A DNA stretch of 13,383 bases, taken from positions 1 to 13,383 of the forward strand of contig JAZRWA010000117.1 in assembly GCA_045599485.1 (NCBI GenBank), written 5' to 3'. Below the pieces are notes generated by a model. The model saw only the letters and a list, made by a program, of their open reading frames with translations. It was not told the origin of the DNA and ran no database searches. Positions 7,825 to 13,383 of the stretch are shown here, one piece after another (position 1 is the first letter of the stretch; the number at the start of each line of letters is the position of its first letter). The position numbers were made by a program, and so were the translations under genes. Source of the DNA: Clostridia bacterium (GTDB taxonomy: Bacteria > Bacillota > Clostridia > Christensenellales > Aristaeellaceae).

Positions 7825-8800
7825 AATCATCAACGGTTCTGTCACGCTGAGAAGAAATTATGCCGATCTTCCTTTTGACGCGTTGAAAAACAGCGATACC
7901 GCCCTGCCAATCCTGACGCGCGTGACGACGCGGCTGCAGCAGGAAGAAGAGACATGGATCGCACTTCCCGAATCACGCATGGACGAAGAAGGAAAAAGGG
8001 TTTTTCGATTTCTGCGGTTGATCAGCAACGATATTGACGATGCTGTGAATGCACAGCTGTTTGTGCTGAAAGGGGACAGCGCAGCGGTACAGGCCGCGGC
8101 AGCGGATCATGTGGCGGTGACTGTAACTCGTTCTGCTGATGATCTGGAGTTTTCCTATAATAAATGCAAAGATATCATTCGAAAACTGGAGGACAGTCAT
8201 CCCTATGCAAGAACGGGGGAATTAGGTTATCTGACAGCACGCCCCTGCGATGCGGGAAGCGGACTGAGAGCTTCCCTGCTGCTGCATTTGCCAATGCTTC
8301 AATTCTCCCGGCAGCTGCCGATGGCGATGAAGCTTTGCGGAGACAAAGGACTGCTTTTGCGGCCTGAAACCGTAGCGATGCCGGGTCAGGCGCCGGCACT
8401 GTACCTGATATAGAACCGGGTTACCATGGGCAAAACCGATGAGGAGCTGATGACGGCTGTAAAAAAAGGCGCGGAAGTTCTGATAGCACTTGAACGAAAA
8501 CAACGGGAAGAAGCCCGGGTAAAGCAATCGGATGGGCCGCTTGATGCCGTCTATCGTGCGTATGGAGAGGCACGCTATGCCCGCCGATATACACGGGCGG
8601 AATGTGGGGTGCTGTGGTCCAGAATGACGCTGGGGTATTCATTGGGCGTCATGCTGGTGCGTCCGCCGGAGCTGGATAAGCTGTGGAGCATGGCGTTTGA
8701 AAACCAGCGGGAATGGAAGGCCGCGGCGGCTCAGCAGGCAGTCAGCGAGGATGTACTGCGGGCCAGAAAAATCAGAGAATTACTGAGCGGAGGTGCCTGA
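7814..8800 (+). CDS. mcsB: McsB-type protein arginine kinase homologue (divergent), full length only if the in-frame TAG at 8411..8413 is read as sense
   Basis: ORF-track pieces 7814..8413 and 8426..8800 share one frame. The junction reads ...GQAPALYLI-[TAG]-NRVTMGKTDEELMTAV..., matching the conserved McsB ...QISNQxTLGxSE... segment. The phosphagen-kinase signature GYLTARPCDAGSGLRASLLLHLP is present upstream. 328 codons. Sits between mcsA and clpC as expected. TGA stop overlaps the clpC ATG. Confidence 0.85.
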
Positions 8801-11202
8801 TGGCAACCTATAACAGATTGAATGAAAAAGCAAAGCGTGTTCTGGAAACGGCGCGTACGGAAGCGGCAAATCTGATGCAAAACTGTATCGGTACAGAGCA
8901 TTTGCTGCTGTCACTGCTGATTTGCGCCCCGGAGGATGTGCCGGAGCTGCCGGAGAGCCTGAATCCCGAAATGGTACGCTCCGCCATTCGCATTCTGAGC
9001 GCGGGCAACGGACAAGGTGAGCTGCCGGATGAGCTGACGCCAAACGCAAAAAAAGTGCTGGATAACAGCTATCGCATTGCCCGCCAGTTTCAGCAGAACT
9101 ATGTGACCGCGGCGCATTTGTGGCTGGCGTTATTGGATGAAGAAGAGGGCATGGCCTCACGCATTCTGAACGCACCCGGCATTGACCGAAAAAAGCTGCG
9201 GGAAAATGCTGCACGGAAGGCTGCGGGGGAAAACAATGCGCCTTCCAAAGAAAAGGAAGAAAAGACACTGCTGGATCAGTATGGTATCGATCTGACGGAA
9301 AAAGCGCGTTGCAACGAGCTGGATCCTGTGATTGGACGAGATCGTGAGACTGAGCGTATCATTCAGATCTTATCCCGCCGTACCAAGAACAATCCGGTAC
9401 TCATCGGCGAACCCGGTGTGGGAAAAACGGCTGTCGCAGAAGGACTGGCTGAAAAAATCATCAGCGGACAGATTCCCGAGACGCTGGTTGGAAAACGGCT
9501 GATCAGCCTGGATACCGGTGCGTTGATTGCGGGTACCAAGTTCCGCGGAGAGTTTGAAGATCGGCTTACGGGGCTGATGCGGGAAGTGAAAGAAGCCGGC
9601 GATGTGATTCTGTTTATCGATGAACTTCAGAACATCGTCGGCATGGGCAAGGGTGAAGGCACGATGGACGCAGCCAATATCCTAAAGCCCATGCTCTCCC
9701 GCGGTGAGCTGCAGTGCGTCGGCGCTACTACCACAGATGAGTATCGTAAGCACATTGAAAAGGATGCAGCGCTGTCCCGTCGCTTTCAGCCTGTCATGGT
9801 GGACGAACCGACCGAGGAAGAAGCGGTCATGATCCTGAAGGGACTGCGTGATAAATACGAAGCGCATCATCGTGTGCACTTTACCGATGAAGCCCTTGAA
9901 GCGGCAGTGAAGCTGTCCGCACGCTATGTGGCAGACAGGTGCATGCCCGATAAGGCGGTGGACCTGATGGACGAGGCAGGCTCCAGGGTACGTATTGCTT
10001 CCTTTACGCCTCCGCCCGATCTTAAGGAGCAGGAAAGTTCACTGCAGGCAATATCCCGCGAAAAGCAGGAAGCCATCGACCGTCAGGATTATGAGCGTGC
10101 CGCGGCTTTACGGGATGATGAGCATGCCATCCGGGCTGAGATGGATCGAAGCAGAACGGAATGGGAGAACAAGAAGCTATCTTCGGTTGGTGTGGTCAGC
10201 GAAGAGGATATTGCCGCTGTGGTATCCGCGTGGACGGGTATTCCGGTACAGCGGATGACAGAAGTGGAAAGTGAAAGGCTTTTGCACTTGGAAGAGATCC
10301 TGCATCAGCGCGTGGTGGGACAGACCGAGGCGGTTTCGGCAGTATGCCGGGCGATCCGCCGCGCAAGGGCAGGCCTGAAGGACCCCAAACGCCCCATCGG
10401 CAGCTTTTTGTTCCTCGGTCCGACAGGCGTCGGAAAAACGGAGCTCAGCCGGGCCCTGGGCGAAGCGATGTTCGGGGATGAAAACGCGCTGATCCGCCTG
10501 GATATGAGCGAGTACATGGAAAAGCATACCGTATCCAGAATGGTAGGCGCACCGCCCGGCTATGTAGGATACGAAGAGGGCGGTCAGCTGACGGAAGCAG
10601 TACGGCGCAGACCCTATTCAGTGGTGCTGTTTGACGAAATCGAAAAGGCGCATCCCGATGTGTTCAATATGCTGCTGCAGGTATTGGAGGACGGACGCCT
10701 TACCGATAATAACGGGCGCACAGTCAGCTTCCGAAATTGTATTATCGTCATGACCTCCAACGCGGGTGCGCAGGCGATCAACGAAAACCGCGTGCTTGGC
10801 TTTGGCAGCAGCGGCGCGGCGGATTATGATCGTATGCGCGACAGCGTGAAGGATGCGCTGAAGAGGATGTTCAAGCCGGAGTTTTTGAATCGAATCGATG
10901 AAACGGTGATCTTCCATGCGCTGACGAAGGAAGAGATCAGGCAGATCGCTGCCCTGATGCTGGAACAGATGAGAAAACGCCTAAACGAAAAGGGAGTGCG
11001 GCTCAGCTTCAGCAACGAAGCCATAGCACTACTTGCTGACGGGGGATTTGATGAAAAGCTCGGTGCGCGTCCGCTGCGCCGGGAAATTCAACGGAGCGTA
11101 GAGGACAGCCTCAGTGAAGAGCTGATCGCAGGCAGGCTGAAGCTGGATGATAGCATCCGCATGTATGTAAAAAACGGAAAGATCGCTTTTAAAAAGCAAT
11201 AA
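8800..11202 (+). CDS. clpC: ATP-dependent Clp protease ATP-binding subunit ClpC (class III stress AAA+ unfoldase)
   Basis: 800 aa starting [22 protein letters not shown] (Clp_N repeats). Walker A motifs GEPGVGKT and [11 protein letters not shown] linker ([12 protein letters not shown]). C-terminal ClpB_D2-small domain. I prefer the ATG at 8800 (TGATG overlap with the mcsB stop) to the track start at 8713, which lies inside mcsB. TAA stop. Confidence 0.95.
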   Translation: MATYNRLNEKAKRVLETARTEAANLMQNCIGTEHLLLSLLICAPEDVPELPESLNPEMVRSAIRILSAGNGQGELPDELTPNAKKVLDNSYRIARQFQQNYVTAAHLWLALLDEEEGMASRILNAPGIDRKKLRENAARKAAGENNAPSKEKEEKTLLDQYGIDLTEKARCNELDPVIGRDRETERIIQILSRRTKNNPVLIGEPGVGKTAVAEGLAEKIISGQIPETLVGKRLISLDTGALIAGTKFRGEFEDRLTGLMREVKEAGDVILFIDELQNIVGMGKGEGTMDAANILKPMLSRGELQCVGATTTDEYRKHIEKDAALSRRFQPVMVDEPTEEEAVMILKGLRDKYEAHHRVHFTDEALEAAVKLSARYVADRCMPDKAVDLMDEAGSRVRIASFTPPPDLKEQESSLQAISREKQEAIDRQDYERAAALRDDEHAIRAEMDRSRTEWENKKLSSVGVVSEEDIAAVVSAWTGIPVQRMTEVESERLLHLEEILHQRVVGQTEAVSAVCRAIRRARAGLKDPKRPIGSFLFLGPTGVGKTELSRALGEAMFGDENALIRLDMSEYMEKHTVSRMVGAPPGYVGYEEGGQLTEAVRRRPYSVVLFDEIEKAHPDVFNMLLQVLEDGRLTDNNGRTVSFRNCIIVMTSNAGAQAINENRVLGFGSSGAADYDRMRDSVKDALKRMFKPEFLNRIDETVIFHALTKEEIRQIAALMLEQMRKRLNEKGVRLSFSNEAIALLADGGFDEKLGARPLRREIQRSVEDSLSEELIAGRLKLDDSIRMYVKNGKIAFKKQ

Positions 11203-11237
11203 AAAACAGCCCCGAAGGCAGCACGCTTTCGGGGCTG
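11201..11237. terminator. Bidirectional intrinsic terminator between convergent clpC and the HD-hydrolase gene
   Basis: 13-bp GC-rich stem CAGCCCCGAAGGC / GCTTTCGGGGCTG (11207..11219 pairs with 11225..11237, one G-U pair) with a 5-nt loop. An A6 tract at 11201..11206 gives a U-tract for the minus-strand transcript. Confidence 0.75.
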
Positions 11238-11249
11238 TACATTATGGAA

Positions 11250-11894
11250 TTAATGTTCTCCGTCCCACTACAGCAGGAATTCATCAAGGAAAGTATGCAT
11301 GAAACGATCGCGTTCCGCGGCAATGCGGGCGGCGGAGGGGGTGTTCATCATGTCCTTGAGGAGGAACAGCTTTTCGTAAAAGTGATTGACTGTGGAAGAG
11401 ACAGAACGACGGTATTCGAAGGCGGACATGTTGGCTGTCGGCGGTACGGCCGGGTCGTGAAGCGGGCGGTTGCGGCTGCCGCCGAAAGCGAAGGCTCTAG
11501 CGACACCGATTGCGCCGATGGCATCCAGACGGTCAGCGTCCTGCACGCATTTGCCCTCGAGTGTTTTCGGCGTGACGGAATCGGTACCGCGGAAGGAAAT
11601 CTCGCCGATGATCTCAAGGATAGCGTTGGCGGTATCCTGTATTACGTCATTCTATCGAAGGAAGGACGTCGCACGCAAAAGCCCCTCGTGCGTGTCGGGG
11701 GAAAGCTTGAAATCATCCACATCATGAAGGATTGCTGCAAGCGCGGTGATGAACGGGTCGGCACCTTCCTGCTTTGCAAGTGTCAATGCCAAGCGGTAAA
11801 CACGCTGAGTATGGCTGAAATCATGCCCGCTGAAGTCATTCACGAAAACGCTTTGCGCAAAGGAGAGCGCTTTTGAGATGAGTGCGTCTCCCAT
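11250..11894 (-). CDS. HD-domain metal-dependent phosphohydrolase (YedJ/YpgQ-like), with an in-frame TAG at 11652..11654 and a second TAG at 11268..11270, six codons before a TAA
   Basis: ORF-track pieces 11652..11894 and 11268..11546 share one frame. The gap translates [35 protein letters not shown] and leads into [21 protein letters not shown] motif ...AAILHDVDD and the DADRLDA motif are present. If TAG is sense the frame continues -WDGEH- to TAA at 11250..11252, 12 nt from the terminator stem. If TAG terminates here the end is 11268. Confidence 0.8.
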
Positions 11895-11895
11895 T

Positions 11896-12441
11896 TTAAA
11901 CCTCTAACGTATGATAGACTTCGCCGTCAAGGTTCTTCCACTCGAAATGGCAGTTGTCCATGATCATGTAGCTATGGGCAGTGTTCTCCTTCGGCAGGGA
12001 TACGGAACCGGGGTTGAGATACAGATTGTGATTGCCAAAATCCAGCCATGAAGGCACATGCGTGTGACCGTGCAGCAGAATGTCACCATTTTGCAGCGGC
12101 GGCGGCGTCATGGTGTTGAATACATGACCATGAGTGGCGTAAATCAGACGGGAACCGGCTTCAAAAATGGCGGTATCGCTCATGATGGGGAATTGCAGTA
12201 CCATCTGATCCACTTCTGCATCGCAGTTGCCGCGGACACAGATGATACGGCTCGACAGTGGATTCAGCATGGCAATGACGGATTTGGGAGCGTATTCCTC
12301 AGGCAGGTCGTTGCGGGGACCGTGATACAGGATATCACCGAGAAGCAGCAGCCGATCGGCATTTTCAGCCTCAAAGCGCTGAAGGAGTTGACGGCAATAA
12401 TATGCGGAACCGTGGATATCGGATGCAATCATCAGTTTCAT
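11896..12441 (-). CDS. yfcE: YfcE-family metallophosphoesterase (MJ0936-type phosphodiesterase)
   Basis: 181 aa. [12 protein letters not shown]..., [24 protein letters not shown] and GHTH motifs, collinear with E. coli YfcE. GGAGG RBS 6 nt upstream. TAA stop 1 nt before the HD-gene ATG, which suggests translational coupling. Confidence 0.9.
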   Translation of the reverse strand: MKLMIASDIHGSAYYCRQLLQRFEAENADRLLLLGDILYHGPRNDLPEEYAPKSVIAMLNPLSSRIICVRGNCDAEVDQMVLQFPIMSDTAIFEAGSRLIYATHGHVFNTMTPPPLQNGDILLHGHTHVPSWLDFGNHNLYLNPGSVSLPKENTAHSYMIMDNCHFEWKNLDGEVYHTLEV

Positions 12442-12480
12442 GGGAGACCTCCGGAAAAGTAAATAAAAAAAGTCCTTTCA

Positions 12481-12510
12481 ATTATAAAGCAGCAGAGAGG
12501 GAAAAGTAAA
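12481..12510 (-). promoter_or_regulatory. Putative sigmaA promoter for the yfcE/HD-hydrolase pair
   Basis: On the minus strand: TTTACT (12510..12505), 18 nt, TATAAT (12486..12481), about 40 nt upstream of the yfcE ATG. Confidence 0.4.
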
Positions 12511-12523
12511 GGAAAAACTGATT

Positions 12524-12552
12524 TTGACAGTTCGTACTCAAAATGCTATAAT
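12524..12552 (+). promoter_or_regulatory. Consensus sigmaA promoter of pdp
   Basis: TTGACA (12524..12529), exactly 17 nt, TATAAT (12547..12552). A GAGAGGAA RBS precedes the ATG at 12580. Confidence 0.7.
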
Positions 12553-12579
12553 AAAGTACCATGTTTGAGAGGAATCGAT

Positions 12580-13383
12580 ATGAATATCATACAGATTATT
12601 GAACACAAGAAGAATAAAATGGTGTTGACGGATCAGGAAATTGATTATTTTGTCAAAGCAGCGGCGGACAGGGAGCATTCTCCGGTGATGGATTATCAGC
12701 TGGCGGCACTGCTTATGGCCATCCGGCTTAATGGTATGACGCCTGAGGAGACGACAAGATTGACGATTGCCATGCGTGATTCCGGCGATGTGGCGGATTT
12801 GTCGGGCATTCCCGGCATAAAGGTGGATAAGCATTCCACCGGCGGCGTTGGCGACACAACTACGTTGGTGTTAGCTCCTTTGGTAGCAGCCTGCGGAGTG
12901 CCCGTGGCGAAGATGAGCGGTCGGGGATTGGGACATACCGGCGGCACATTGGACAAACTGGAATCGATTCCGGGCTTCAGCGTTGATATTGATGAAGAAC
13001 GATTTGTAACACAGGTGACGGAAATTGGCATTGCGGTTGTTGGTCAGACAGGGCATCTTGCCCCCGCGGACAAGACCCTGTATGCATTGCGGGATGTTAC
13101 CTCTACGGTAGACAGCATGCCGCTTATTGCTTCTTCCATCATGAGCAAAAAGCTGGCTTCTGGTGCGGATGCCATCGTGCTGGATGTAAAGACGGGGTCG
13201 GGTGCGATCATGCGTACGCTGGATGATGCCATTGCTTTGGCCCAGGAGATGGTACAGATCGGAACATTGGCCCATAAACCCGTGATCGCTGTTGTGACGG
13301 GGATGGAACAGCCGTTGGGAACGCATGTCGGCAATGCGTTGGAAGTAAAGGATGCCATCGAAGTGCTTGCGGGAAAAACAAAG
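12580..13383 (+). CDS. pdp: Pyrimidine-nucleoside (thymidine) phosphorylase, N-terminal 268 codons; continues past the window end
   Basis: Not in the ORF track because it has no stop in the window. My manual translation found no stops: [25 protein letters not shown]...[25 protein letters not shown]...[25 protein letters not shown]...[21 protein letters not shown]...SSIMSKKLA. These are diagnostic glycosyl-transferase family 3 / Pdp motifs. Confidence 0.93.
   Translation, partial: MNIIQIIEHKKNKMVLTDQEIDYFVKAAADREHSPVMDYQLAALLMAIRLNGMTPEETTRLTIAMRDSGDVADLSGIPGIKVDKHSTGGVGDTTTLVLAPLVAACGVPVAKMSGRGLGHTGGTLDKLESIPGFSVDIDEERFVTQVTEIGIAVVGQTGHLAPADKTLYALRDVTSTVDSMPLIASSIMSKKLASGADAIVLDVKTGSGAIMRTLDDAIALAQEMVQIGTLAHKPVIAVVTGMEQPLGTHVGNALEVKDAIEVLAGKTK

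Noticed and set aside
8713-8799. The ORF-track start of the clpC frame at 8713, which adds 29 N-terminal residues.
   Set aside because: The extension lies wholly inside mcsB, has no RBS and gives a non-ClpC N-terminus. The ATG at 8800 gives the canonical Clp_N start and a TGATG overlap with the mcsB stop.
299-11654. Pyrrolysine as the explanation for the in-frame TAGs.
   Set aside because: None of the affected genes is a methylamine methyltransferase. No pylTSBCD genes are in the window. I could not see a shared downstream stem-loop (PYLIS-like) after the seven TAGs by eye. It is not formally excluded without the whole genome.
3158-11894. Reading the split potC, regulator, mcsB and HD genes as ordinary pseudogenes.
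   Set aside because: All interruptions are the same codon (TAG). There are no TAA/TGA nonsense codons or frameshifts. Downstream frames and catalytic or structural motifs are fully preserved. Operon partners are intact and translational coupling junctions are maintained. Decay cannot be excluded from a single window, so it remains the explicit alternative hypothesis in the main finding.
12538-13358. Four minus-strand ORFs (98 to 151 aa) listed by the track in the last 850 bp.
   Set aside because: All are antisense to a continuous, motif-rich pdp reading frame ([24 protein letters not shown]). Their translations are R/H/C-rich nonsense.
1-13383. Mobile elements, CRISPR arrays, prophage or defence-island content.
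   Set aside because: No terminal inverted repeats, integrase or transposase motifs, spaced direct repeats or abrupt compositional shifts were seen. Gene content is core housekeeping.

Overview
This is a Bacillota (Firmicutes)-type chromosomal segment with 14 genes and no visible mobile elements, CRISPR arrays, rRNA or tRNA. On the minus strand, an XRE-HTH/cupin regulator and potA-potB-potC-potD (spermidine/putrescine ABC importer) are followed by a peptidoglycan-binding/phosphodiester-glycosidase exoprotein. After that comes a signal-peptide hypothetical that runs off the window start. On the plus strand sits the ctsR-mcsA-mcsB-clpC stress operon, with a near-consensus sigmaA promoter, a CtsR heptad operator and a strong bidirectional terminator. 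Beyond it are a convergent yfcE-like metallophosphoesterase plus an HD-domain hydrolase (minus strand), and a divergently transcribed pdp (pyrimidine-nucleoside phosphorylase) that is open at the window end. The supplied ORF track misses pdp and the first gene because both are open-ended. The outstanding signal concerns the genetic code. Seven in-frame TAG codons interrupt five otherwise intact, conserved genes: the secreted hypothetical (2), potC, the XRE-cupin regulator, mcsB and the HD hydrolase (2, one near-terminal). The reading frame and conserved motifs continue directly after each TAG. No in-frame TAA/TGA or frameshift occurs in any gene, and all 11 unambiguous gene ends use TAA (5) or TGA (6). 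The simplest reading is that TAG is decoded as a sense codon in this organism, by amber reassignment or constitutive high-efficiency suppression, rather than five independent pseudogenes. To my knowledge this has not been described for a free-living Bacillota chromosome. Neither the inserted amino acid nor the decoding machinery can be determined from this window.
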